Shown here: positions 28,021-40,524 of the stretch, in pieces
How positions within the stretch are numbered: position 1 is the first letter of the stretch
How the letters are laid out: each line of letters begins with the position of its first letter
DNA from: Prorocentrum cordatum
Taxonomy: Eukaryota
Assembly (NCBI GenBank): GCA_963575745.1
Contig: CAUYUJ010000139.1
Coordinates: forward strand, 1-64,000
Reading direction: 5' to 3'
Length of the DNA stretch: 64,000 bases
The notes under the pieces: model-generated
Databases searched by the model: none
Seen by the model: only the letters and a program-made list of their open reading frames with translations
Told to the model about the DNA's origin: nothing
Made by a program: the position numbers and the translations under genes

Positions 28021-28376
28021 GTTCTTCAAGCGTTCGGCTGCACGAGCCAGCGACAGATAAGGTACAAGCTCGGGCGGCATTCGCCGACACCGCTGTGTAG
28101 CCTGGCTTGGGAAACCGCGTTCGAGCTTCAATTGCCATGGGAGCGTTACTCGTTGTAAAGGTGTGTTGCCACCCCGAAGGATCTTTTTTGAGGCGGGGGT
28201 TTCCCCATAACCGCCGCCTGGGGGGTCGACCTCGGGAGACGTCGGCATGCGGTGGATATGTACCTATTTGGGCCCTGGGGTGGGGGCAAACATATCCATG
28301 TCCACCGCCCGCTTTGGTCCCAGTCGGTTCCCCAGGCGGCGGATATGGACATATCCCCGCCTCGCATCTTTGTCAG

Positions 28377-28504
28377 GGAAGCGCATTCGAGCGCGACAGC
28401 GGCCAGGCAGGCGACAGCGGCGGCGGCGCGAGGTCGAGGAGGTGGCCGCCAGGCTGGCCGACGAGGCCGCGGAGAAGCTGCTGGTGCGGGACCTCGCTTC
28501 CGAG
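28377..28504 (+). CDS. Candidate exon of host coiled-coil protein (..EVEEVAARLADEAAEKLLVRDLASE)
   Basis: tgtcag|GG...GAG|gtgcgc, helical charged peptide, high GC at third codon positions. The acceptor position is uncertain. Confidence 0.55.
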
Positions 28505-29629
28505 GTGCGCGCGGCCGCCTCCTGTTGAGGAGGAGGAGGAGGAGGAGGAGAAGGAGGAGGAGGAGGAGGAGGAGGAGGAGGAGGAGGGTGCAGGGGGACA
28601 ATGCAGGAGTAGCAGGAGGCAGGCTGAGGAGGGGGACGCGGATGAGGAGATGAGGATTAGAATGAGGATGAGGATGAGGATGAAGATGAGGATGAGGATA
28701 CTTGTGAGGTGGAGGGAGGGCATGGTAAGGGTCATCAATTTGAGGATATATAAGCATCATGCAGAATGGGAATGGGGAGTAGGTGGACTAGAGGAGACCC
28801 AAGATGCATCAGCGATACTGCATGCCCTGCCGCGTGCTCCCTCCTCAGTACGGGGTCATCCTCGTGAAAGACCGGTGGTCTGCCCTTTAGGCCATGTTTC
28901 TCATCTCTCGAAAGACACCAACGTCCGTCCCTGTCATGTTTGAACATGTCAAGATGCAGGATTCCGTGGCATTTTTTTGGCCTCATGCGAGGCTCGGGCT
29001 GCTGGCTTCGGAGGTGGCTCGCGAGAGCCTTTCCTTTCAGAGGAGAGCCTCATCAATCACCCCACGGCTGCGGCATAATCCCTCGCCGCCATGTTCGGCT
29101 CGCCCTTTGCTGTGCCAGGGGCAGCCACAGCACAGATCGGAAATACAATCCCGGAGCAGCTCGGAGCCAGCCAGCATGGCAGCACCATGAGGGTTCTAGT
29201 TCAGAAAGTATTTATCGAGGTGACCACGTAGGTCACCGAGAACCGCAAGTACACGCACCTGCGCAACCGTTCCGTGCCGGCGGCAATGGTCACCGAGTGT
29301 GCGATTGAGGTCTTTGAGGCTGTTTTCAGATTGCGGGAACCAGTCGCTGGGCAGTACGGGAGCAACAGCGCCGTCGACCACGACTTCGATGACGACGAAA
29401 CGGTGGAGATTGCATCTTTACGGGGATGCGGAATTTGCCGCCCAACTACTTGGGCGTTGCTGCTGGATCTGCTTGTCACGCATGGTTTCGCAGGGAAGTG
29501 TGACCTTCTCTGCATACCAATCGAATCGGCTCCGGTACGACCTTCGAACTGGGGGGGACCTCCGGAAGGCCCGAGGTGGGACCAGCTCCCTCAGCAGCCT
29601 ACCCTTGGTAATCTTCGACTACGCGATGC

Positions 29630-30120
29630 CCTTCTGCTTTCGTGTGATGGGTCGGCGAAAACTGGGCCAGGTACCGATGTTTCTGGTTGGGTCTTTCCTG
29701 TTGCCTCACCCTCATGGGCCTCACTCCAGGACTTCTGCGGGCCCACCATCCTGGACCCGAATGCGCCTGGAGACATCGGTGCCGATTATCATTCCAGCAA
29801 TGCATGTTATATATATATACATATATATATATATATTCGCTGTATCCAAGGCAAGCTTTCTGTTTGGTTTTTCGCTATTTCCAGGGCTCGTGATCACGTT
29901 GCTACATTGCCTTCGTCACCTCCTAGCATCGTCGAGTATGGCTCGGGGTACGTGGTTGGCGTGGTTCAGCGGCACGCCTGGGGACGGACAAGCTTTCGAC
30001 TTGTTATTCGTGTCCGTTACATCTTTGAACACGTTGCTTGTCATGGTCTTGTCAGGGAGAAAGCCATACTGGTCAATACTTGAACGAGCGTGCTGATCAT
30101 CTGGCCGAATGTGGTGCCAA
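29630..30120 (+). pseudogene. Decayed RNase H domain of a retroelement, interrupted by (AT)n
   Basis: LSCDGSA..SGWVF..FCGPTILD..GADYHSSNA, then after a frameshift KSHTGQYLNERADHLA (~30060-30110). Confidence 0.75.
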
Positions 30121-31329
30121 TGGGATCTTATGCAGCCCCGCTGACGTTCATCGGTGGGCGGGTCTTTCTGGTTCGTTCTTTGCGTTCTGAGGACAGGTAG
30201 TTCCTGCACAACTTCCTTAAGCGGGGCCGGAGCACGCCGCTCACTTCAAGGCTGTGTTCGAGGGGTTCTCTTCCTGGCAGGTGCCCTGCGAGCGCGAGGC
30301 GTCGGTGGGCTGGAGCTGGGCGCCGGGGCACGAGGCCCACGTCAGCCGCTACAGGAACAGCATGGTGATGCACGACGCCCTGCCTGATGAGTGAGATTTC
30401 ATGCCACTCCACGGCACGAGCCAGCACCGTGGTGGCAACGCCGTTCCGCGCGGCCCATGCGCGAGGGCGTTCGTCTTCGTTGACCCACCGAACACGCAAT
30501 CCAACATATTTACAACAACGCGCGCCGCACGACAACAGCATTTGCTTGGGCCCTGTTTGGGTTTGTCACTGCCTGTCGCAACCCGTCAGCAGTCCCAAGG
30601 CCTTTCCCAAGGCTGCCCGAATGTCCTCGCGATGTCCCCGCGGGCTTTCGCGCCCGCTGTGGGAATGCTGGCGACGAAAGCGACCTACGCCGCGACGCCA
30701 GCCAAACCCGTTGCTAGTATCTCGGGGCCCATCTGGGACATCTCGCCCTGCTTTGCAAGGCTTTCCATGGTTTTCCCCAAGCAACTGTTGGATGCGCCAC
30801 GAAACTTGCACTGGGGCCCATGGGGGGACCTCCGTGACAGCAAGCGAAACCCTGGCGATCGCGGCGCCCGCCCGGGTCATTCGCGACTCTTCTTCTGGAT
30901 TGTGCAGCGCACGTCGAGGTCGTTGGCCTCGCCCTTCGCGACCTTCTTGTGGGTATTCTGATGGAGCTCCAGGACAATTCAACAGGCCGACAGCTGATGC
31001 CACCACGGGCGCGCGATCGCTAACTCCCGCTGGAATCCTGCTGCAGTCTTGTAACGGTATGCGTCCTTCGTTGCCTGATATCCGCGAGCCTAATCTCGGT
31101 TGCTGGCGACGTTCCGCGGACCCTTCCGAGAAAAGCAAACAAATTATCCCAGTGCGACCCTACCTAGGAGATGAAGCAACATCTACATCTACACCGACAG
31201 CTACATTTGCATCTACACCTGCATCTACATCTACATCTACAAGAGCTGCAGGCTGTTCAGCACTGCAGGTCCGGCTTTGCGTTGCTTGTGCCTTGCTTTG
31301 CTGTTGCTGCTGTTGATTTGCCTTTGCTT

Positions 31330-32200
31330 TGCTGCTATGCTATGCTATGCTATGCTATGCTATGCTGCGCTATGCTATGCTATGCTTTGTTATGCTATGT
31401 TATGCTATGATATGCTATGATTTGCTATGCTTTGCAATGCTTTGCTATGCTGCGCTATGCTATGCTATGCTATGCTAGGGTACGCTCGGCTGCGCTGTGT
31501 TGTGCTATGCTATGCTATACTAAGCTATGATGCGCTATGCTACGCTGTGCTATGCTATGCTGCGCAATGCTATACCATGCTATGCTATGCTGCGCTATGC
31601 TATGCTATGCTATGCTATGCTATGCTATGCTGTGATATGCTATGCAGCGCTACGCTACGCTATGCTATGCTATGCTATGCTGCGCTATGCTATGCTATGC
31701 TGTGCTGTGCTATGCTATGATATGCTGCTCTGTGCTATGCTAAGCAATACTATGATATGCCATGCTATGCCATGCTGCGCTATGCTATGCTATGCTATGC
31801 TATGTTATGCTGAGCTATGTTATGCTATGCTATGTGATGCTTGGCTATACTATGGTATGCTATGCTGTGCTAATGCTGCGCTGCGCTATGCTGCGCTGCG
31901 CTGCGCTAAACTAAGGTAAGCTAAGGTAAGCTAAGGTAAGCTAAGCTAAGCTGAGATACGCTAAGCTAAGCTAAGCTAAGCTAAGCTAAACAAAGCCAAA
32001 CAAGCTAAGCTAAGCTAAGCTAAGCTAAGCTAAGCTAAGCTAAGACGATATCAGCTAAGCTAAGCTAAGCTGAGCTAGGCTAGGCTAGGCTAGGCTAGGC
32101 AAAGCTAAGCTAAACTAAGCTAAGCTAAGCTAAGCTAAGCTAAGCTAAGTTAAGCCAAGTCAAGCCAAGCTAAGCTAAGCTAAGCTTAGCTAAGCTAAGC
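31330..32200 (+). repeat. Pentanucleotide satellite: (GCTAT)n grading into (GCTAA)n
   Basis: Direct inspection; switch near 31905. Confidence 0.95.
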
Positions 32201-34742
32201 TGGGTGAACCCAGGGGGCGCAACTGGGGGAACCGCGGGGCGGATGCCGGGGGAACCGCCCGGGGCGTTCTACACTGCCCGGCCCCTTTAAGCCAAGAGAG
32301 TAAGAACCCTTCTAGGCAGAGCCTAGGTAGGGAACAATGATATATGCAGAGCGCTCTGACGGGGTACGTGGCAGCGTGCGCACGCACTCCAGCGATAGTG
32401 CGATATATTCCTATGGATACCCTCGCTCGCATCTTGAACCGACAAAAGAACGCGGGGCCGAGGAGGCATCGCAAGTCGGGAGGTCTGCAGGGGAAAGTTG
32501 GATTGGGGGGAGGGGGATGAGAGTAGGGCAATACGTAGACGAGGGCGGAACGCGGCGCGGGCCGCGGGGCAACGGGCTTTGCAGCGAAAGCTGGCTCCAT
32601 TCATTTATCGGGGTATCGGGCCTGCGTGCAGGCTGCGCGCAAAAGTGGGTGAAGGAGAGGAGGACGGGGGGAGAGGGGGAATGGGCATACGGAAAAAGAG
32701 AAAGGGAAGAGAGGGGACGAGGAGTCCGATGGGGGAGACGGGGGGAAGGGGGGCAGGAATATGACGAGCGGGGGGCGGGGAGAGATGACTTTGAAGTTTA
32801 CGTGACGACCATAACCCGCGAGCGGTCGCGCCATCTCGCAACTTTCGGGTTGCCGCCGATCGTCGGCGAACCCCTCGCCGATCCCCCCCTGCTGCCATGC
32901 CCCCGTCCTTCCTGCCATCCCTCTGCCCCCCCCTGCGGTGCAGCTCCTCCCTCTCCGAGGGGCCAGTGGCCCGCGGGCGCTGGGCCGCGGAGGTGTCAGA
33001 GCGGTTCTGGCTGTTCTGGTGGATCTGTTTTGGGCTGGCCAGCAGTGTCATATTGTAACGGCCTCCGGCCAGTGCCGCCGATCCGGGGGGCTCCGGATTC
33101 GGTGATCTTCGCGTACAGAGCTTCCTCCCTCCTGGATTCTTCTGGTCCTCTTTCTTCTCATCTGGGGGGTGCCTGGAGCGGTCCCAGGGGGGTATGGGGA
33201 GGGTTCCGAGGGGAGGGTCCTGGGGGCGGTAGCGGCTAGATCTGAGGGGGGTCCCTGGGACCCCCCGAAACATCTTTGGGATGCACGAATCAATAAGAAA
33301 ACGCCAGATGAGGGACCGCCCCCACCCCTCCCCCCCTTCCCCGGGACGGGGGTCCGGCTACGCGAATCATAAAGAAAACGCCAGATGGAGGACCCCCCCC
33401 CCTCCCCCCTTCACCGGCAGAGCCACCCCCGGCGACCCCCCCCAAGCAGAGCTGAAGCTCGTGCTTAGGCTCAGAGTTGAAGCTCTTGCTGAGGCTCCTT
33501 GTAGTTCACACGCCGGATCGGCGGATTTTTCTCGAGGGCGGCGGAACACCAGTCAGCAGCAGCCAGCAGCCAGTCGGCGCTGCTCTTGGGCAAGAGTTTT
33601 TGCTACGCCCGAAGGCCGAAACCCCTCTCCCCACAAAGGAATCCGCCCTCGGACCTCTCCGAGGGGCGCCTCCCGACCAGAAACTCGCGGGGAGGCCGGC
33701 CGTGGCGGCGAGCGGAAGAAACAAGTACAAGTTTGCCAGCGTGGACCCCGAGCAATAAGTTACTGTATTCCAGATGTGTAATCTACAGGGCGCGTGTGTC
33801 GCCATGGGGCGGCCATGGGCGGCCACGTGGCGGCCATCCAAAGAATCTTCGGGTCACCCCAGCCAATGCCTTAGTAAAACAAGTGAGGGCCCCTACGTGC
33901 GAGCACTGTTTGGGGAACGCGCCTCGGCCCTCGAATCTCGACCCTCCTGCCCCTCCTCCTCCTCCGCCTCAACCGCCACCCACCACCTCCTTCTCCTCCT
34001 CCTGTTTAGGCCACGCGCAGAGGGTGGCATGGGGGAGGGGGAACAGCTTCGTAGAACGAGGCTGCTCCTTAGAAGGCGCGACCGTTATCTACAGGTGTAA
34101 GGCTGGCGCCTTCTAAAGAACAGCCTTTTTCTAAGAAGCCTTCCCCCCTGCCCCTCCCCCTACCCTTTGGTTGCGCGCCGCCAACTCTTCCTCCTCCATG
34201 CACAATTCGCTCGATGTCTGTCCCCCGATTTATCCCAGGAGTCCATCCAGGGCCAGCCTCGGCCCCAGACCGATCCGAAAGCCACGGGGCCTCGGTCGGC
34301 CGCTTGGAGCGATTCCGGCACCCCAGGCCCAGCCAGGCGACGCCATGTTTTTTTCAATACGGGGTCCCCGGAGGTCCCTACCCTTTCCCTGGGACTGGCT
34401 TTCCATCTCGAGTCTTTTTTTTGTTTGTTTACGGTCCCGGGACTCGGCGAAGGCCCGCGGAGGCCGAAAACGGCCAAGAACTTCCCGTCACATGTTTTAA
34501 GCTACGAGAGCATGTCTTGGTCGTGCCTGCCCAGACATGCTCTCGTCGTGGCAGTCGAGAGTGTGCAGTTGAGAGTGTGCAGTGTGGAGGTGGAGTGTGG
34601 GGTGAAATCGAGAGGATGTGCAGTGTGGAGGTGGAGCTGTTGTTGGTGGGATACAGAAGAGGATGTGTGGGTCGTCGGAGATCCAGGCCCGCCGCAGCCG
34701 ACCCGAGCCACTCGCGCGCGCCCCGCGGCCTCCGCGGCGAAG

Positions 34743-34829
34743 GCGCGCGAGAGCGGCCGCTCCAGCGGCTGGCGGTCGGCCCGGGCGGAGTCCAGGGCGG
34801 ACGACAGGTTGAAGGTGCTGCGAGATCAG
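34743..34829 (+). CDS. Candidate exon of host gene (ARESG...DDRLKVLRDQ)
   Basis: aag|GCG...CAG|gccggc (GC donor); 87 bp, phase-compatible with the candidate exon at 35791. Confidence 0.4.
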
Positions 34830-35790
34830 GCCGGCCCAGGAGGAGAGGGAGGGGTGCGTCAGAGGGAAGGGCACGCTGAGATCCAGCGTAATTAGTGGAA
34901 GATCAAGACGGAATTTCTTCGCCGCTTTCGGCCTCTGGGGGCCTTCGCCGGGCCCCAGGACAGTCAAAAAACGATTAGGGATGATAGGCCAGTCCCAGGA
35001 AAAAGATCGGGGATTCCGGGGACCTACAGTCGAGCGTCTGATTCGGAGACCTCCCCCCTAAAAACTGGGCTAGCGCTTCTTAATCGGCTTGCCAGAAAGC
35101 TGGTTTTGAGCACGCTTGCCCCTCCAGCGTCATCAACAGAAATTGGCCCAGGTTTCCTTTAAGAAACGTCGGGGAAGCTGGACCGGATTTCTTACACGAA
35201 AATGTAGTTGTTCATGTTTGTGCTTGTATTCATGTAGTCAGGACCTGGCAGATCCGTGCCTCGTTTTTGGCTATCTGGGCCTCCTTGGAGCCCCTCGCCG
35301 CCACGGCTGGATTCGCCTCGAAATTCTGGCCAGAGCGCGCCCAGGTAGAGATGCACGGGGAGGGATGGAGGGATGGAGAGGCGCCCAGGCTCCCGACAAG
35401 GAGAGGGCCTTCCCAGAAGGTTCGGAAGCCCTCCTCTCCGCCGACACCGAGGGCTACTCGGAAGCCCTGCCCTCGGCGGCCCGCGGGGGGGGTGTGTGCC
35501 TGCATCCGTTTTCGCGCCACCCCGTGTGTGTTCGGGGCAGCAGGCCCGCATGGTCTCCTTGGCCCACCCCCGCGCTCCCTGCTCTCGAACTCCGTACCCC
35601 CGATGGTTCCCTTGCAGCCGCCGCGCCCTTGGTCGTGCCGACGATCTCCTGAGCGGCCCCGCTAGGCCGTCAGCGACGCGTTCTCCTTGGCCCCCCCCTG
35701 CGCTCCCTGCGCTCGAACTCCGTGCCCCCGTTGGTTCCCTTGCAGCCTCGCCCGTGGTCGTTCCGACGATCTCATGACCGGTCCCGCCAG

Positions 35791-35874
35791 GCTGTCAGTG
35801 ACGTGGCCAAGATCAGGGAGGAGGAGGTGCTCAGACTCAAGAGGCTGCAGGAGGGGAAGGAGAAGGACGAGATG
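35791..35874 (+). CDS. Candidate exon of host coiled-coil protein (AVSDVAKIREEEVLRLKRLQEGKEKDEM)
   Basis: cgccag|GCT...ATG|gtgcgc; 84 bp, phase 0/0. Confidence 0.6.
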
Positions 35875-36214
35875 GTGCGCGCCGCCGTCCGCTGCATCCC
35901 ACATCATGAGTTTTGCACTTGTTGTCGTGCTTCGGACTCGCTCACGCTATCGGACTCGCGCTATCCTCCTCCTCCTTCTCCTCTTCCTTCCCTGCTTCCG
36001 TCGCCTATCCCGGCGGAAGCGGAGTGCCAATGGAGAGGGGGGGGGACGACGGTAAGGAGGAGGAGGAGGAGGAGGAAGAGGAGGAGGAGGAGGAGGAGGG
36101 AGGAGGAGGAGGATCTGTGTCAACCCAAGACGCACCACCGGTGTTGCAATCATCCCTTCCTCCAAATTCCTTCGTCCTAGATCGCTACAAAATTGTTTTG
36201 TTTCGCGGGAAGTG

Positions 36215-36825
36215 CCCCCATTAGAAGACTCGTCTGAGAATCCTCAATCGTGCCAAAAATCATCATTTCTGGGACGTCAGCGCTGCGCGTCCTGACAATC
36301 CCAAATCGTGCGAGAGCACCATCCTTGAGACCTCGACACCGCGAATCATTGTGACTGTTGCGTCCTGGCAGTTTCAAATCGTGCCATAATCCCGTTTTTG
36401 GAATTTCAAGTAGACAGGTCCTTGAAATTGCTGCAAGCGTTTAAAAGACGAATGTGTGCGGCGCTAAGACAAGAACGACATTTTGAGAAGGAGCCGCCAA
36501 CCATCCTTGATGCTGTTGCAAGCTGCCAGAATGATATGCGTGGCGCTAGCGCGGGCGCCACAAACGTTCAAGACGAATCTGCGCGACGCTAAGGCGAGAA
36601 CAACATTTTGAAACGGACCGCCCTCCATCCCTGAAGCTTGGTGCAAATAAGACGATTGTGGGCGGCGCTACAGCGAGAACCACATCTTGAAAAGGACCCG
36701 CCCTCCATCCTCGACGCTGAAGCAACTGTCAAGCTTTAGGACGATACATGTGAGGAAGTATGAGGCGAACAACGCAGCCCGCACCACTGACACGTCTGGG
36801 AGTGCGACAGGTAAGAGCTATATAC
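36215..36825 (+). repeat. Dispersed composite repeat with ~82-84-bp subunits, copy 1
   Basis: gaatgtgtgcggcgctaag...ttttgagaaggagccgcc units and the ending gtgcgacagg...tatac are shared with 59720-60438. Confidence 0.75.
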
Positions 36826-36962
36826 AAGGACAAGGGATGGAGGAGGATCAGAAGGAGGCGGCTGAAAAAGGAGGAGGAAGCGGAGCATGAGGAGGGGTTG
36901 GAGCAGGGTGGAGTGGCAGAGAGAGGGAAGGAGGGAGGGAGGGAGGGATGGATGGAGGGAGG

Positions 36963-37003
<41 letters not shown>

Positions 37004-37089
37004 AAACGAGAGAGACAGAGAGCGAGGGATGGATGGCGGATGGATGGATGGATGGGTGGATGGATGGATGGATGGAGCGAGAGAGGGAG

Positions 37090-37486
37090 TTAGGAAGGAG
37101 GAGGAGGACGAGGAGGATGAGGATGAGGATTAATATGAGGATGGGGATGGGGACGATGATAAGGATAAGCATGAGGATGCGGATGACGAGGATGATGATG
37201 CTGATGATGATGGTGGTGATGATGCTGACGATGCTGATGGTGATGATGGTGATGATGCTGATGCTGCTGCTGATGCTGATGATGATGCTGATGCTGATGC
37301 TGATGATGGTGATGCTGATGCTGCTACTGATGATGATGCTGTTGATGCTTATGATGATGCTGATGCTGATGCTGCTGATGATTGTGATGCTGATGATGAT
37401 GATGATGCTGCTGATGATGCTGCTGCTGATGATGCTGATTATGATGAGGATATGATGATGATGATGCTGCTGCTGCTCCTGATGAC

Positions 37487-37573
<87 letters not shown>

Positions 37574-37773
37574 ATTGCTGCTGCATATGCTGATGATGAT
37601 GATGATGGTGATGATGGAAATGATGATGATGATGATGCTGATGCTGCTGATGATGATAACGATGATGGCCATGCTGATTACATTGATACTGGTGATGATG
37701 TTGATGATGATGAAGAGGAGGAGGAGGAGAAGAAGAAGGAGAAGGAGGAGGAGCAGGAGGAGGAGGAGGAGGA
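37090..37773 (+). repeat. (GAT)n/(GAG)n degenerate microsatellite
   Basis: Direct inspection. Confidence 0.95.
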
Positions 37774-38886
37774 GTCGACACAGCCATGAAGCAACAACCA
37801 AGACCATTTCCGAGCGACACGATGACGCCACCAGTGGCCAGCGTATCTCTAACTACGGTGGACGGCAACAGAGCAGCTAAGGGCACGGCCAAGGACGGCG
37901 CAGAAGGTGCTCGACGATCCCCTGCCGCACTACGAGGCGCCATCAGCATACCTGATACACCAGCTCAATGACGGCATGGGCATCTCGAAAACGACAACAA
38001 CCATATCGACCCTGCAAAGGTGATGATATACACGCGACGAATATGAGGACGAGAACGCGGAGAAGGACGATGCTGCTGCTGCGGAGGAGGAGGAGGAAGA
38101 GGAGGAGGAGGAGGAGGCGGAGGGAGGAGGAGGCGGAGGAGGAGGAGGAGGAGGAGGAGGAGGAGGAGGAGGAGGCGGAGGTCAAGGCGGAGGAGGAGGC
38201 GGAGGGATGATGCATGTGTGCCATTCTGCCTCGCAACCCCCTCGAGCTCGCTCTCTTCCAGCGGCCCGACGCCCGATGCCCACGCCCTCCCCCCCCGACG
38301 CCCCGCGCAGGCTCGCAGGCGCCTCGGGGAGAGGCGAAGGGAGGACCAGGACAGGAGGAACCAGGCGATCTTGGCGAAGGACAATCACCGGGGGGAGCCA
38401 GAGGGGACGAGGGTCGCTGGAGGGGGGATCTGCTCAGGGCTCGGGGTTCTCGCCGGTCCTCGGCGGTCTTCCAGCCTCGAGATGCCCTCCAGCGGCTGCG
38501 CCTCGCCGAGAGCGCTCCTGGGGTGCCCTGGAGCGTCCCGAACGGCCGCCAGAGAGCACGGGCAGAGGCAGGGGGAGGAGGACCATCGTCCCCGTGCCCA
38601 GAGGAGGACCTGCTCTGGGGTGCCTCCTCCTCCTCCTCCTCCTCATCCTCATCATTCTCCCCGCGCCCTGCAGCGCCAGGGAGCCATCGAGGGAAGGCAC
38701 CCGGAATGAGAGCCCGACCTGCTCATCAGTCTGAGCCCACTACCCCCCTGTCTTGGCGGCGCGCAGTTTTGGTCAAAGCGCCTCAAGGTACAGCTAAAGC
38801 CCACTGGGGCGCTCAAAATAGGGTGGCCGAGTGGGGCGGCCTTCTGAGAAGGCCGGGGGGGGGCTTCTCAGAAGGCATGGGCCTTC

Positions 38887-38982
38887 GTCGATCGATCCTC
38901 GATCCCTCGATCCTTCGATCCTCGATCCTTCGATCCTCGATCCTCGATCCTAGATCCTCGATCGATCCTCGATCCTCGATCC
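38887..38982 (+). repeat. (TCGATCC)n heptamer minisatellite
   Basis: Direct inspection. Confidence 0.9.
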
Positions 38983-39258
38983 AAGGACCCCACCAGGACA
39001 CCCCCAGCTCTTGTGCTCCCCTACCCCTCCAGAGGATGGTCTCCTACACCAGTCCTCTATCTCTGGCGGGCAGAGAATGATCTCTGGCGGGCTCGCTCCA
39101 TCCAGCTCCATGGATGCTGCAGACGCCCTACTTCTGGTGGCGGTCTCCGGCGAGCCCGCCGGAGATCTTCGTCAGCGGAGGCTCCCCGTAGCACCGCTCA
39201 TCAGTCCGAGCGCGGGTCCACGTCTTCCTTCCCCCTGCTCTCAACGAGCGAGTGGCAG

Positions 39259-39321
39259 GAGACCGCGATGGAGAAGAAACATAACAACATCAAGGCCGCG
39301 GAAAAGAAGCGCAGAGAGGAG
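39259..39321 (+). CDS. Candidate exon of host coiled-coil protein (ETAMEKKHNNIKAAEKKRREE)
   Basis: tggcag|GAG...GAG|gtcgcg; 63 bp, phase 0/0. Confidence 0.55.
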
Positions 39322-39655
39322 GTCGCGCCCTCCCATTTTGAGAGGTGGAGGAGAAGGAAAAGGAGAAGGAGTGGAGGTGATGAGAATGATGCTGATGATG
39401 ATGGTGGTGATGAGGAGGAGGGGGGATGACGGAATAGTTTTTATTAGTGGAAGGTGCTGATTGCCCCCCCCCAGAAACAGGGAGTGTAAAGGATGATGAT
39501 GCTGCTGCTGATGATGATGATGCTGCTGATGATAAGGATGAGGATGAGGATGAGGATGATGATGATGATGCTGATCATGGTGGTGGTGAGGATAAAGATG
39601 CTGATAATGATGAAACTGATGATGCTGGTGATGATGATGACGATGCTGGTGCTGA

Positions 39656-39751
<96 letters not shown>

Positions 39752-39753
<2 letters not shown>

Positions 39754-39898
39754 TGAATCAAGCTCGCTCCCGAGGGGTTCGTGTTTCATCCCTTGCTCGC
39801 CGCTGCCGTTTCATTTCGAACTAGGGCCCTTGGCGTTAGAGTAACGCCCCTCGCGAGGCCGCGAGTAAGAAGATTCATCGACTATCTTCCATAGTACA
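39752..39898 (+). repeat. 5' LTR (147 bp, TG...CA)
   Basis: Aligns with 48853-49000; I count 14 substitutions and 1 indel. Confidence 0.95.
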
Positions 39899-39899
39899 G

Positions 39900-39913
39900 T
39901 GGTAGCTTGGAGC
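39900..39913 (+). promoter_or_regulatory. Primer-binding site (TGGTAGC...), consistent with the initiator tRNA-Met 3' end
   Basis: Starts 1 nt after the 5' LTR; complementary to ...GCUACCA. Confidence 0.8.
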
Positions 39914-40047
39914 GAGTCTCAGCTGCCCGGCGCCGCGCGCCATTCATATCCTGGCGCTGCGCGCCATCCTCTTGTGCAGCCACGACGAAGCCGTCGCGAC
40001 CCACGGAATCGAAGCCCAGCGGCTTCCTGCTCGCGTTGTTGCTCAGC

Positions 40048-40499
40048 GCCTACGCCAGCGTCAGCGACGCTATCAACGCCTACTTCTCCGACGACAGCGT
40101 CAGCGACGCCGTCATCAATGCCTACCCTGCCAACTCCTACGCCAGCGTCAGCGACGCCAACATCTGCGCCTCCAACGCTTACTTCCCTTACGTCAGCGTC
40201 AGCGACGCCGACATCAACGCCTACTTCCCTTACGTCAGCGTCAGCGAGCCCGACTTCAACGCCTACTTCTCCTACGCCAGCGTCAGCGACGCAAGCATCA
40301 GCGCCTACTTCTCCAGCGCCAGCGTCAGCGACGCCAGCATCAATGCCTATGTCTCCAACGCCAGCGTCAGCGACGCAAGCATCAGCGCCTACCTCTCCAA
40401 CGCTAGCGTCAGCGACGCCGGCATCAACGCCTACTTCTCTTACGCCAGCGTCAGCGACACCAGCATCAACGCCTACCTCGACGCCAGTGTCAGCGACGC
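40048..40499 (+). repeat. ~42-bp tandem repeat array in the copia leader
   Basis: Recurrent gcctacttctcctacgccagcgtcagcgacgccagcatcaac, roughly 10-11 units. Confidence 0.85.
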
Positions 40500-40524
40500 G
40501 GCTCACTATCTCATTCTTGACACA

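Noticed and set aside
39907..40524. Repeat-encoded N-terminal extension of Gag
   Set aside because: It has a non-ATG start and all three frames are largely open because of low complexity. The ATG at 40525 fits a gag start better.
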